A DNA stretch of 63,465 bases, filler included, from Octopus bimaculoides (taxonomy: Eukaryota): the NCBI RefSeq assembly GCF_001194135.2. It is 6 parts of 5 records of this genome, joined end to end, with 100 filler letters (N's around TTAATTAATTAA, not from the genome) between each part and the next. Parts side by side here need not be neighbours in the genome. Positions count along the whole stretch, not along the records: positions 37,064 to 50,688 come from NC_068983.1; positions 50,789 to 52,361 come from NC_069007.1; 4 more parts are not named here. One strand, given 5' to 3'. The number at the start of each line of letters is the position of its first letter. Within the stretch, counting starts at the first letter, position 1. The position numbers were made by a program, and so were the translations under genes. Below are positions 38,200 through 52,461 of the stretch, one piece after another. A model generated the notes under the pieces. It saw only the letters and a program-made list of their open reading frames with translations, was not told the origin of the DNA and made no database searches.

Positions 38200-40131
38200 A
38201 TGAGTTCCCAAATCTCGTGTCAGATCAGAGGCAATATTAACAATGACAAAGAGTAAAAAGATATAAAAATTAATATCAGTGATGATAATAAGTATAATGG
38301 CAGGAAACGGTTTGAATCTCCCCATGTCGCTATTGATGATACATCTAGAAATGAGGTCACAATAAAAAACACTAGTAAATGCACAACCTGGGACAATGAA
38401 AAAACCCAAAAAAATGTGAATAACGGTGGTAATGAAATTGAAGCCCTTGATGTTGACAGTGTTGCACACTGCAGACACAGAGATACTGGTCCGACTCCAG
38501 GCTGTCGTTATCCAGCACACACGGTGTAGATGGAACAAACGAGTTAAAACGATCGTCATAGAGTGTTACTACCTGAGCCACACTGTAAACGGAAATGGCG
38601 TATGATCAATGGAGAGAAAGCGAATTGTATCAACTCACGGAACAGAGATTATGTATCAGAGATTATGCGATCAGCTGTATCAGAGATTATGTGATCAAGC
38701 TAGAGTAATAAGGAAAAATCGTTGGTTCACAGAAGTAGAGTTCGAAGCTAACAAAAGACGTGTATTGGAAAACAGCAGCATAAGAAACGACGAAAATACA
38801 GTTCGTACTGATAAATGTAATCTCATAGCAGAAAACAGAGGTGAGATCTCTAATGAACCACAGGAAAGGAACAGTGATAGCTTGCTCGATGAGAGACATA
38901 GAGATGGTCTGGAAGAAGAAAATAAAATTAATGGTGACATGACAGATGGACAAAAGGCAATCTACGACAGAATAAAGGCAAGGATACAGGAGAACGATAG
39001 CGACATTATTTGCAACCTTAAAACGGTTGATCGGTGGAACTTGAATGAAGAAAAGAAAAATGTGAATGAAATTCTTAAACACATCAGAACAAAAGACATT
39101 ACAAACAAATAATTTGATCAAGGCAGCAAGTATTGTTGTAGCTGGAAATGTGGGAGTTGATGTCAAGAAAAGGAAATATAATGGAAGTGACAAAAAAATG
39201 ATTCATGGTAGAAAAGAAGAATACAGGCGGGGTCAGATATGCTCTCGAAAGGGGAATGGGAAGCTTAAAACCAAACAAAAATATAGAGCACTGAACAGGA
39301 ATTGAAAGAAATGGCCTGTTAGTGGTAATGGAGGACCTGAAACAGTACCTCTTTGGAAAGAAAGCAAAGATGGTAAGATACGGGCAAAGAATGAAGGGTT
39401 ACCAGCAGAATAGGTTATTCAGAGTAGAGCAGAAGAGATTCTGCAAAGAAATAAATGGAGAGTGTACAGATGAAAAGTTGATACCAGATAACGTTGAAAG
39501 TCAAAGGTTTGGAGTGACATGTAGAGCAAAGACAAAGAGTACAAGAAGGATGCTGAATGGTTGCAAGAAGTGAGACAAACAGTAGTCTGTCTAAAAGAGG
39601 CAGAACTTATCATTTCAGTTAGGGAAGTGAAGGAAATCAGCCACAAAATGGGCAACTTGGAAGGCCCCAGGACCAAACAGAATTCAAGGCTACTGGATCA
39701 ACAGATTTGGTGAATGCCATGCACGAATAGCTGCACAGCTGAACACCTTGTTAAACGCCGACCAAGTAACACCAGAGTGGTTGACAACGGGTAGGAAAGT
39801 GCTGTGCTTGAAAAACATCGAAAAACAATTCGGTGAACAATTACAGGCCGATATCCTGCTTGCCACTTATGTGGAAATTATTAACTGGAATATGTATGGA
39901 CGTGTGGAAAAAAATTGCGTCGTGCCACATGTGCAGAAGGGCTGCAAGCGTAAGTCAGAGGTACCAAGTATCAACTCCTGGTGGACAAAACTGTATTTAC
40001 AGACTGCAAGAAGAGGAAAAATAACTTAGCCATGTAATGGATCGATTGCCGTAAGGCATATCACAAGATCCCATATTTTTTGCATTATGGAATGTATGAA
40101 CCTATTTGGCATTGCATCGAATTTTGAGTGA
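38200..40131 (+). mobile_element. Dong/R4-clade retrotransposon 5' part (N-terminus to RT motif 3), degenerate
   Basis: GCRYPAHTRCRWNKRVKTIVIECYYLS; QRLCDQARVIRKNRWFTEVE; YQQNRLFRVEQKRF; WKAPGP; [17 protein letters not shown]; QKGCKRKS; WIDCRKAY. Multiple stops and frameshifts. Confidence 0.87.
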
Positions 40132-40140
40132 TTATTATTA

Positions 40141-42067
40141 CTTGAACTGGTCATTGGAAACGCCCTAGAGAAGTTTTTATTTGACCAGTCAAAAATGCTC
40201 GCACATTTAAGATTTTGCCTCGAAAACAATAAATTTGTTCCTTTCCCGAAAGTAAAGGTTTTTCGAATGTCTACAGAAACCACAGAAGTCACTCACTTTC
40301 TATCACCCACCCAGAAGTGGATTACTTCTAGAAGGACGACTAAAAATTGTAACTTCTCACATGAACATTCAGAACAAATTTTATCACCCAATAGGTTCTA
40401 TGTTTTAAATAAAGATTTCGAGTAAAACCCAAAAAGTAGTTAGGAATCTAATGAGAGTAAGACTCTGAAAACCACTTGCCTGAGAAAATCCTTCGCACTA
40501 GAGAATAAGTCGGTCATAAATTTATCTAATCTAAAACTTTCGCCCGACGATGTCTCAGTCTTGGCGCTTGGACTGAGTTTCTGCCCAAGCACTAAGAATT
40601 TCGACAAGAATAAACTAGCACAAGGGATATTTCAGTCTGCCCGCCGTCATAAGCTGAAGGAATTTTTTAAAAAATGGTAACGAGGAATCAGAAAACCTTA
40701 TGCTTACTGAAAATAAAAAAAATGATGAAGATCGAATCTAGCATAACTGGACTGAAAAGAATCCCAAATGGTATCCAGGTAAAGTTCGGGATGGACGTTC
40801 AAAAGCACTCCTGGAATTTCGTGAATCTTGTCACGCAGGCATTAGAGAAAGCCTTAAATCAAGTGGAAAGAAGTCCTGGAATAACCTCACAAATTTCCAA
40901 CGTTACGCACTCCGACGTCTAGCTAATAACTATTCTATTGTTATTAAGATGGCGGATAAGGGAGGCGCTACCGTAATTATGGACAAAAGAGAGTGTATTT
41001 CGGCTTGTGAAGAAGTTTTAAATGACAAAACTTCATATGAAGAATTACCTGTCGATCCAAACCCCAATTACAGAGAACCTGACAAAATAATTCTGGAAAT
41101 ATAGGAAAACAATTTCATTAAAAAGGCAGAATCCGGGATTTTATGGTCAGAAAGAACACCTGTATTAAGTCTAGTTTTGCAAAACTTAGCGTTGAACTTT
41201 TGGACACAAATCCGAAGTCACAATTTTTAAGGATAAAATGGATTTTTACTAACATATTGGATTACTGGAAGCAACAAATACTTTTGTACATCATCATGTC
41301 AATCGCGGTTACGGTTAAAGGAAACAGCAAATAAAATAGATAAGATTAGCAATGATAGTCAAACCTTCACGCATAATTTTAGCAAGCACAATACAAAAAT
41401 AACAGAATTCTTTTAGTGATTAACTGGCACCGAAATTTCGCTGGCATTTCAAAAGTGTTGCATGAAAGTTGCCAGCATGAGGCGAAAAAATATTCTCGTT
41501 TCAAACAGATATTTCCTCAGCTGCTTATTGTAGCCTTTAGATGGATTAAGAATATAAGAGAATTATTGATCTCTATTTCTGACTCCAAGTAAACGAATCT
41601 GTACCTTCAAAAACAGCTGCAAAAGAGGTACAACAACATAGTACAACAACATGAGTCAAGTGAATTCCATCAGGAATAATAACAGAAATTTTATGATTTA
41701 TGCCGACGGTGGGTCATGTAGAGACTCCCATTTGGTGTACGTGGCAGAAAGCACGAAATACAAATTGATTTATGTTGGTTGTACAACAGAACAATTAAAC
41801 AAAATGTTTAATGGGCACAGATCCGACGTCATGCACAATAAGAGTAGTTCGACAAAACTTGCCGAATAGTTCGTTTCAAGCGGCTGCAATTTTGAAAAAG
41901 ACTTGAAAGTGCATATCCCAAGAAAATAACCTGAACCTGCTTCACTTTCACTTCTGAAAATGCACGAGGAGGAAGGTCTCCGGGTTATTAACATCACGCA
42001 CTGGAGGAATGAATAAAATGACAGGAGAATATCATGAAATTCCTACAAAATTGTTTGATTAAATATT
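40141..42067 (+). mobile_element. Penelope-like element (PLE), degenerate, RT core largely deleted, GIY-YIG endonuclease remnant
   Basis: SVINLSNLKLSPDDVSVLALGLSFCP; IKMADKGGATVIMDK; IFPQLLIVAFRWIKNIRELL; SCRDSHLVYVAESTKYKLIYVGCTTEQLNKMFNGHRSD. Runs into the gap at 42068. Confidence 0.82.
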
Positions 42068-42662
42068 NNNNNNNNNNNNNNNNNNNNNNNNNNNNNNNNN
42101 NNNNNNNNNNNNNNNNNNNNNNNNNNNNNNNNNNNNNNNNNNNNNNNNNNNNNNNNNNNNNNNNNNNNNNNNNNNNNNNNNNNNNNNNNNNNNNNNNNNN
42201 NNNNNNNNNNNNNNNNNNNNNNNNNNNNNNNNNNNNNNNNNNNNNNNNNNNNNNNNNNNNNNNNNNNNNNNNNNNNNNNNNNNNNNNNNNNNNNNNNNNN
42301 NNNNNNNNNNNNNNNNNNNNNNNNNNNNNNNNNNNNNNNNNNNNNNNNNNNNNNNNNNNNNNNNNNNNNNNNNNNNNNNNNNNNNNNNNNNNNNNNNNNN
42401 NNNNNNNNNNNNNNNNNNNNNNNNNNNNNNNNNNNNNNNNNNNNNNNNNNNNNNNNNNNNNNNNNNNNNNNNNNNNNNNNNNNNNNNNNNNNNNNNNNNN
42501 NNNNNNNNNNNNNNNNNNNNNNNNNNNNNNNNNNNNNNNNNNNNNNNNNNNNNNNNNNNNNNNNNNNNNNNNNNNNNNNNNNNNNNNNNNNNNNNNNNNN
42601 NNNNNNNNNNNNNNNNNNNNNNNNNNNNNNNNNNNNNNNNNNNNNNTTTTAGAGAAACGTTG

Positions 42663-42697
<35 letters not shown>

Positions 42698-42709
42698 ATT
42701 ATTATTATT

Positions 42710-42912
42710 AAGGCGGTTATCTGGCAGAATCGTTAGCACACCGAGCAAAATGCTTAGCCACATTTCATCCGTCTTAACGTTCTAAGATCAAATACCGCCA
42801 AGGTCGACGTTGCCTTTCAGAGTCGATAAAATAAGTACACATGAACACTGTGGCGATGCAATCGATTTCACTCCTCCACTAAACTGCAGGACTTGTACCA
42901 AGATTTGAAACC
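42710..42912 (+). mobile_element. SINE family A after a (TTA)n tract
   Basis: aaggcggttatctggcagaatcgttagc...aataagtacac...accaagatttgaaacc. Confidence 0.8.
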
Positions 42913-42923
42913 ATCATGATTAT

Positions 42924-42980
<57 letters not shown>

Positions 42981-45900
42981 AGATGAATTTCAGCTTAAAC
43001 CGGCGATTTCCTTTTGTTTTTGCTGATAGCTTTTGGATTGTTATGTTCTCCCATAATTTTGCTGAAATTGGATATTATTTTCCTTGTTTGTGTCATATAA
43101 AGCTGTTTCAGAAGCCAAATTTGTTTTATTTAATTGACTTTTTGACCGAAAACAGTGTTTATTGACATTTCAAAGTTTGCTTTGCTTCGACTTCATTCAC
43201 AACGGCGTCGGGTCAGCAAAGACTACCGAAAAAAAGAAAAACATTCTTACGTTGCGAAGCAGAATAACACCAAAACACCTGCTTTGCAACACTATGCACA
43301 TGTTTCATAAGTGGAAGAAAAAAAAAACTTGCATTTTCTAAGAAAAAATATATTTTAGACTGACTCGCTGAACTTGTTCGGAAACAGTAAGAAATAGCAA
43401 ATTAGAATTGAAAAAACCAACTGCATCACTATGCTCCAAAAATACTTTTAGGTGTAGCAAGGAGAAAATTTGTTTCTTATTATGTTATGTAAGAGGAATT
43501 GTCTTATTTTGTATCCTCAAAAGAGCAGCTAAGCGAGCCACTCTGATATATTGGGACACGTGTCTTCCAGATAGAGATAAGCAAAACCTGCGTTACAATC
43601 TAAGCAACCTTCAGGCTTTGAAGCCGTGAAAAACCTTACTCTTATAACCACTAGTGCTGTATCTTAGTACTTGTTGCAGTGCAAGAAGGCCACTAGTGAG
43701 ATGTCAGGTGCATATCAAGTGTCTTGAAATCCTGAATCGTGGTCCATTTCGTGTAGAAGTATGGACGCATAGAACGTAAATAAGTTACAAAAATGTGGTT
43801 GGAAATTGTCACTATGAACTTACACGTTCTTGTGATCCGCACGTTTATAAGAAAATTCAACACCTACGCTCCGGAGTGGGGGCTGAATTTAAAGCAATAA
43901 AGATCGACGGCTTCTTAGATTTGTGGTAGCGATTATCCTGCAAGAGCTTTCTGCTCTGAACAGCTGGGGAAGCGGCAGATGAATAAGTCGTTTTCGGAGT
44001 CTACTGCCTCATTTGCACCAACAGTCGAACCACCGGTTACAGGTAAACGAAATCTAACAAATACCGTTCACACTTCATTTCAGCGATCCCTTTCTGTATT
44101 TTGTAGAGGAGATAACCTTGTGTTAAGCGATGGACATTACCGATGTTCCTCTCCAAGCAGCACCATATTTTCCACTTGCATGGGCGCAATGGGTACGAAA
44201 CGAAACCTGAGAGAACATATAGCAAAATAGGGACGCCAGCCTTCACAGAAAGCTTTAATGAAATGGCAGACGACTTCTGAATTCTAGAAATAAAACGGTT
44301 TCGCAGGGATTTGAATCGATGACAAAAGCCTGATTGAGTTATTGTTCAACCATGAGTTTACTTGGTCAATCAATATATTGATGGAAGAGAACTTAATACA
44401 ATATAATTTCAACACACATCAAACAGAATACTGATATAATATTGATCAAAACTACAAGAGATTCTTTCGGAAAAGGAAAATATTACTTGTCAGAAAATGA
44501 AGGATCTTTCAAGTATGTAGCAATCCAAGAAATGATTACGGGTGACTTCGGTGAAACCCAAAGAGTATACAATGTCATGCGAACGACGAGATATTTTGAA
44601 GTTTCTAATTTGATCTAATAGTGGGCTCCCAACAAATTGCAATTTTTTTTTTTGTTTAGCACAATATCTTGGTACAATTATATCTTGCGCGGACGATTTA
44701 TTCGGCGTTTGATTTACTTTACCTTTTGACATTGTTCTGCAAAAACTTCCATTAGATGATGTTTTCTACATGACTAATGTTTGTTTATAAAACTAGTTAC
44801 TTATATTCCATTAATTCTCGATCTATTTTATAAAAGAAATCGTCAAGAAATTCTATTGAACGTTTTATTTATCTTTTAGATAAACTTCGATTAGATTGGA
44901 TGTTAAACCCTCGATATGTTTGGACTAGTATATTTTTTACAGCTGATTGCATATTTTGATATGCATAGCAAGTTTGGTAGGTAAGTAAATATAACTAGAC
45001 TGAAAACAAAAACAAATATGTAAAATATGAAATCAATTTCAGATAAATTCTTTTGTATTTTACGCAAATATATATTTTTCGAGATATACGTTGAAATACA
45101 AGAGCACTAAAAAGCAAACAGGTAGATACATTAGTCTAAAAGAATATATATATATATACATATATATACAAACAGAGACACACATACACACAAATACGTA
45201 CGTAAATGCATACATACATACATACATACATACATACATACATTCCAAAAATTTAGCACATAAATACATATGCATGCATCTAGACATGAAAATATATACA
45301 TAAAAACGCATCCATAAAACAAACATACAAATCTGCGCATACACTAACTCCAACTACTGCACACACACATACATGCACAAATACCTAGATGATGTTGATA
45401 AAAGTTCCAATGAAGGAGCCTTGAATCTATGTTAGAGTCCGGCTCTTTCTCTATGGACAAGAAATACAGAAATGAAACTGATTGATAATATACATACTTA
45501 AATCAAATATGATGGGAGAAGCTGCGCACAACGAAATGGAAATTCTCTCCTCAACATTACTTGCGGTAAGAAATGTAAAAAGCATTATGTAGCAGATAAA
45601 CATATATGAAACTGAGCCATGATATCAAAGGTTGGTGGATCAGTAAGGATTCCTTGTTATGATATTTCCTGTATTCCTCGCCGTAGCCAGTATGGAAGCT
45701 TTTATCTCTTTGGTGTATTGCCGCATTTTGCTACGAGTTTGCAGAAGGAAGATGCGCCTGTAATTAGGTGCTCGTCTTGTAGAATGTGGTACAGGCGGAA
45801 CGTACTACCGATGTAATAGTCCCAACGATTGGACCATCCTATCTAGTATACCACGTAAGTTCGCACACACCTGCAAATGGTTCATGTAGGATAGTTTACC

Positions 45901-46829
45901 AGTGTGTACGGCCGTTATTCCGCATGTCCTCTTCTGGTTGACAAATTTCTATGCGGGGATGGTCCCGAATGGACTAGCAGAATGTTGAAGCCTTCCCTGG
46001 GGAGGACCTTACTGATGGCAAAGGTGGTCCTTTCGTGACAATTGGAAATCGTCAGGAACTAAGTCCTAGAGAAATTCTTCTTGCCATATTTATTTGGCCT
46101 GTATCCGTGTATGGTGTTTCTGGCGGACGCTGGGTATCCGTTCATTCCAACAATCCTGAGGAACTGTGCAGCCTGTGCCCTGCGTGGTGTTGTCAAAGCA
46201 TCAATTGTGTATACGGGTGATCTCATTTTGTAGCAGCCGGTTTTAGCACTGATGATGAAAGCCGACTTGTAAGGGACGAAGAAGTTTCGGTAGGCTGCCT
46301 CTCAGTAGAACACCGTGTCGATCCTTCCGCTTTCCTTGATATAATATATGAGTGAAGTGGAGATGTAATCAAACATGATTAGTAATATAAAATTGAGCTT
46401 GGTATTTAGTTATAAGCGTATTGTGAGAGATGAAAAAAATATTGCAGCCAGCATACTGGGAGCAAGTGCAAACTGGGAGCATTTAAAGTTGCAAAAGTAT
46501 GTTCTGCGGAAAGAAGTTATATTCTAACAAAGAAACCATGCAAGTGTTTGTTTATTTTGTACGGGAGGTGGGATAGATTACAGAAGATGAGAGCACCAGC
46601 GGAATAAAAGCGAACGTGGCGTTGAAGCAAAGTGAATTGTTCCTAGACAACATATTTGTCAATGTCAAAATTTGGCATAACGAGTAGTATTAGCGTTACT
46701 TGGTACGCCACAAATTTATCAAACCGTTTAACTCCAAATCGCTTTTCAAATGTAATAAAAACATTCTAAAATCTCATTTAGGTCCTATTAATATTAATCT
46801 CTCATACTGTCTCTCATTCTCTGTGTGTG

Positions 46830-46839
46830 CTTGTGCATG

Positions 46840-46937
<98 letters not shown>

Positions 46938-47358
46938 CGTGTATGTATGTATGTATATATACAAGTGTGTGTTTGTATGTGCTTGTGATAATAAATAAAT
47001 GTATGCCGGTATTTATATATGCATAAATGAATGCATGCAGGTATGTATGTATGTAGCATGTGTCATGGCCAACTAGCAAGTCAAATGAAGGCTGATCGTT
47101 TTTTCATCAGTTTCAAAATTATATTAGTTAAACTGCCTGGTATAATCTATCATATTTTACATCTGTTATTTATTTATATATTTTACTAATTCGTTTGACA
47201 CGCACGCAAACAATATCATGCACATACACGCACACATACACACACACGCATATACATTCACACATATATAGTCATGCATACTCATACACACATATATTTG
47301 GGTATGTACATATATATGTATACATATACAATATATATGTATTTACGTATTATATATA

Positions 47359-47396
<38 letters not shown>

Positions 47397-48454
47397 TATA
47401 TATAATGCAATATATATATATGNNNNNNNNNNNNNNNNNNNNNNNNNNNNNNNNNNNNNNNNNNNNNNNNNNNNNNNNNNNNNNNNNNNNNNNNNNNNNN
47501 NNNNNNNNNNNNNNNNNNNNNNNNNNNNNNNNNNNNNNNNNNNNNNNNNNNNNNNNNNNNNNNNNNNNNNNNNNNNNNNNNNNNNNNNNNNNNNNNNNNN
47601 NNNNNNNNNNNNNNNNNNNNNNNNNNNNNNNACATAATATATATTATGTGTGTATAAATGTATGTATACGTGTATATAAGCAAAGTCACAACATGCACAC
47701 ACTAAGAATCTTTCTCACTCCTTCACCCTCTCTGTTATTTTTAACTCTTTCATAAATATTTTTATTTGTACATTTAAATCGTCCCTTTTTTTCTACATTC
47801 ACCACCATTTGTCTATCATTCTCTCTCTCGCTCCTGCTTTTTCTCAATGTCTCTCACTTTCTCTCTCACTCTCTCAATCTCCCTCTCTATCTTGTTACTT
47901 TCTGTCATCCGTTCCATTACCTGCTCGATTTTACTGACTTCGAAGTTTCCTACATATTATAATTCAGTAATCCATCAAGTTGTTGTAGACGTGTTTCTCT
48001 GCATCATGTGACAAGCTATGCATTTTGGGAGGCTATCCGACGCGTGACGCCATTATTCGTAAGACATCGAGTGTAAGAACATCAATGACTGATATGAATT
48101 ATGCATTATCCAATATTTGTTGAGCATAAATCAGTTACGATTCTTTTCGGTTAACAATACAGAGTGTATCAATATGAGCAAAATTTGAGGCAGACAGAGA
48201 GAGTTAGAGGAAGAGACAGACAGACAGACAGATGCAGAGAAATTGGGGGAGAAAGAGAGGAAGACATATATAAAGACTATTTGCAATATGCAAGTACAAT
48301 GGCATGGATATATGTAAGCACGTATAAATGAAGATATGGAGCTTTGCATCTAAGAATGGATGAAATAAAAAACAATAAATTTTATGGATACATGAATTCT
48401 ACGTGTGTTATTCTAATCTATACATCCGTGTACGTGAGTGTATATATATGTATG

Positions 48455-48532
<78 letters not shown>

Positions 48533-48549
48533 TATGTATGTATGCATAC

Positions 48550-48585
<36 letters not shown>

Positions 48586-49169
48586 CTGTATATGTATACA
48601 AAAATGTACATATATACACACACATAGTATATATGTAGTGTAAATATGTGTGTATATATATATATATATGTATGCATATGTATATATATACATATATATG
48701 TGCGTGTGTGTGTGTGTGTGTGTGTATGTATATATTATACAGGCTCACATATACACACACATAGATAGGTAGATAATGCATACATACATACATACATACA
48801 TGCATGCAGACACATACATACATACACATACATACATACATACACATACATAAATAGATACACACATACATACATACATACATGCGTACATACCTGCATG
48901 TGTACATACACACATGCACGATCGCAATGTAAGTATGTGGTAAGGGTTTGTGAGTGCGCAACTGTGTTAGTACTTGTACTGCTCGAAACCAATTTTTACT
49001 TGCAACAATGCATTCCTGCACACAAGTGCATGCACACTAAATCAGATACAAATATATATATGTTGATATATGTTCCAACGTATACACATGGGAATGAAAA
49101 TGCATTGTGTGTATTATATATTCAAATATTCATATTTATGATCATTTCTGTCTGTGTGTATATGTATGC

Positions 49170-49234
<65 letters not shown>

Positions 49235-49281
49235 TATATCTATATCTATCTATCTACCTCTCTCTCTCTCTCTCTCTCTCT

Positions 49282-49365
<84 letters not shown>

Positions 49366-49563
49366 ATACAGAAGGAGAGAAGTGACAAAGTGGTGACAGA
49401 GAGAGGAGAGAAAGAGGAGAGAAAGGAGGAAGGAGAAAGAAGTAGAGAAAGTTAGAAAAGAGATTAGTATATTTGTATAGGCAGCGTTACGAAGAAAATA
49501 TGAGATGTGAAGAATATAAATCATGAAATACCTTGTGTTTGCACAAACCCAAGCTTATACAGC

Positions 49564-49616
<53 letters not shown>

Positions 49617-50522
49617 ATGCACGCCAGCATGCATGAACTCTCACGTTATTTCTCTCTCTCTGTTTTTCTTCTCTATTATACGTACACACACACACACACA
49701 CACACGTCAAGTCATACTGGCTCAAATACGAACGAATAACTATTCGGAGTGGATGCCTTTGTATAGGAGCACATGTGGGTAAACGTAGCTTCACACATAT
49801 ATTCATTCCCAAACACATACACAATCATGTATATGCTTGTATATACATATAGAAGCTCATGTGTCTATATATCTTTATACACATGTAAATGCATATATAT
49901 TTAGATATGAAGTGCATTAGCAAATGTGTGTGCAATGCACACGCATATAACTGCATCATACCCGCTTCTTCACGCACGCATATATCAATAACTAAATTAT
50001 ATTATATATTATGTTTTATAAAGATGCATATATATATATATATATATAATCTAGCAGTGATCTATTTCTAGTTAGCAGGCTGTAAACTTCCAAAGATAAT
50101 TTTTTCCCTTAACATTATATCACTGTCATCAGGTTTAGTTCATACTTTCAAATATTTATACAATGATATCACCGCCAAATTTTGTATATGAATACATATA
50201 AGCGTTCATATGCATTATATATTTGATGCAGATATGCAGATATATTCATATATGAATATGTCTAGATGTATGTCAAAATCTATACAAACGCGCAGATTCT
50301 GTTGCTAATGCATATATGTGTGAAAATGTATTTATGTTGCATTCAGATGTGTAGATATATTCATAGATGGATATGAGCTGATATATGTAAAAATCTATAC
50401 CGTTACAATTACATGTACGTGTGCAAACTCATATATGTTAGATGCAGTTGTATTGATATGTTCCAATACGAATAAGACTTGGTATATGTCAAAATCTATA
50501 CAGGGAAGATGCCAATTTTCGG

Positions 50523-50587
<65 letters not shown>

Positions 50588-50600
50588 GGATAGATAGATG

Positions 50601-50652
<52 letters not shown>

Positions 50653-50653
50653 T

Positions 50654-50684
<31 letters not shown>

Positions 50685-50688
50685 CATT
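46830..50688. repeat. Compound microsatellite-rich zone: (AT)n, (GT)n, (CT)n, (ATAC)n, (GATA)n
   Basis: Direct reading. It accounts for the many YIYI/THTH/VCVC pseudo-ORFs. Includes (GATA)n at ~50522-50684. Confidence 0.95.
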
Positions 50689-50788
50689 NNNNNNNNNNNN
50701 NNNNNNNNNNNNNNNNNNNNNNNNNNNNNNNNTTAATTAATTAANNNNNNNNNNNNNNNNNNNNNNNNNNNNNNNNNNNNNNNNNNNN
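50689..50788. other. Artificial assembly join (N44-TTAATTAATTAA-N44)
   Basis: Same 100-nt spacer. Confidence 0.95.
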
Positions 50789-51127
50789 GAACAAATCGAC
50801 CCCAGGACTTATTCTTTGGAAGCCCAGTACTTATTCTATCGGTCTCTTTTACCGAACCGCTAAGTTACGGGGACGTAAACACACCAGCATCAGTTGTCAA
50901 GCGATGTTGGGGGGACAAACACAGACACGCAAACATATACACACACATACATATATATATACATATATACGACGGGCTTCTTTCAGTTTCCGTCTACCAA
51001 ATCCACTCACAAGGCTTTGGTCGGCCCAAGGCTTTAGTAGAAGACACTTGCCCAAGGTGCCACACTGTGGGACTGAACCCGGAACCATGTGGTTGGTAAG
51101 CAAGCTACTTACCACACAGCCACTCTT
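50789..51127 (-). mobile_element. SINE family B, cut by an assembly join
   Basis: Starts mid-element at the join; ends cacagccactcttg. Confidence 0.88.
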
Positions 51128-51662
51128 GAACCTACATGGATATATATATACATAAATATATATACATGTGGATGAAGCATACATATATATATATCCATAG
51201 ACAGACAGAGACATAGACAGACACAGACCAGGTCTGACCTACAAAAGAGCAAGGCCTGTTACTAGCACTAAATATAACCTAGAATGAAATGTCTTACGGC
51301 TGTGACATAACCTTGATTAACAAAGTGGTTGGCTGGGTCATTGGTGGTGGTCGTGGGGAGAGATGCGTGTGTGTGACAAGAGAAGTTAAACCCACTGTCT
51401 TAAAGTCTGATGTTTCTGTGTGTTTGTGTGTGTGTGTGTGCGCGTGCGAGTGCATGTGTGCATGCAAGTTAATGTGCGTCGGCGTCGGCGTCTTCATCAT
51501 CGTTTGTGGTCCCCTTTTTCATGAACGTATGCGTTTAAAGGAGATTTTCTTCATCCAGATGTTGCCCATGTTGTTAACCCTCCTGTTTCAAAACAGGAAG
51601 ACAACACACACACATAGACATGTATATGTACACACACACACATCCGCACACACACACACACA

Positions 51663-51704
<42 letters not shown>

Positions 51705-52185
51705 AATGTGCACAAATTCTGCATGAATTAGAAACTGGTGGCAAGTGAAAATTTAGTAAACCGAATTATAAGCTTCCTTTGTATATTGACAATAAAAAAT
51801 AGTACAACACAAAGGCATACCTACCGAACATAAAAGAAAAACATTCTCACACGTACTAATGCACATTTTTCACATTACAGGAGTCAATATACCCAAAAAT
51901 TCAACTTATTTTCTATCGAGTAAAGATTATTTGCCAACATAATACGGTAGTCCTGGTTTAGGACGAATGTTGCTGTAATTTAGCCCCAGGAGACATTATC
52001 TCCAGCTTGGCTATACGACACAATCTGGATAGGTACTACCCCTTGGTTGGTTTCCCAACCTATAACTCTCACAGAAATATAGACAGATAGATAGATAGAT
52101 AGATAGATAGGTAGATAAATAGATAGATAGAGAGACAGAGAGACAGACAGATAGACAGATAGATAGATAGATAGATAATATAATG

Positions 52186-52337
52186 GGTTTCTTTCAATTT
52201 CCGTCTACCAAATCCACTCACAAGGTTTTGGTTGGTCTGAGCTTGTAGAAGACACTTGCCCAAGGTGCCACACAGTGGGACTGAACCCAGAACCATGTGG
52301 TTGGGAAGCACACTTCTTCCCACACAGCCACGCCTGT
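52186..52337 (-). mobile_element. SINE family B 5' half
   Basis: gggtttctttcaatttccgtctacc...cacagccacgcctg. Confidence 0.85.
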
Positions 52338-52361
52338 GATATATATATATATATATATATA

Positions 52362-52461
52362 NNNNNNNNNNNNNNNNNNNNNNNNNNNNNNNNNNNNNNN
52401 NNNNNTTAATTAATTAANNNNNNNNNNNNNNNNNNNNNNNNNNNNNNNNNNNNNNNNNNNN
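52362..52461. other. Artificial assembly join (N44-TTAATTAATTAA-N44)
   Basis: Same 100-nt spacer. Confidence 0.95.

Noticed and set aside
38194-41997. ORFs such as 38609-39112, 38687-39193 and 40674-40922 as host genes
   Set aside because: They are fragments or antisense shadows of the Dong/R4 and Penelope elements.
46700-50687. Numerous ORFs of YIYI/THTH/VCVC/LSLS type (also at 4356, 6478, 8761, 58136, 59964, 61930)
   Set aside because: Translations of dinucleotide or tetranucleotide repeats and N gaps.
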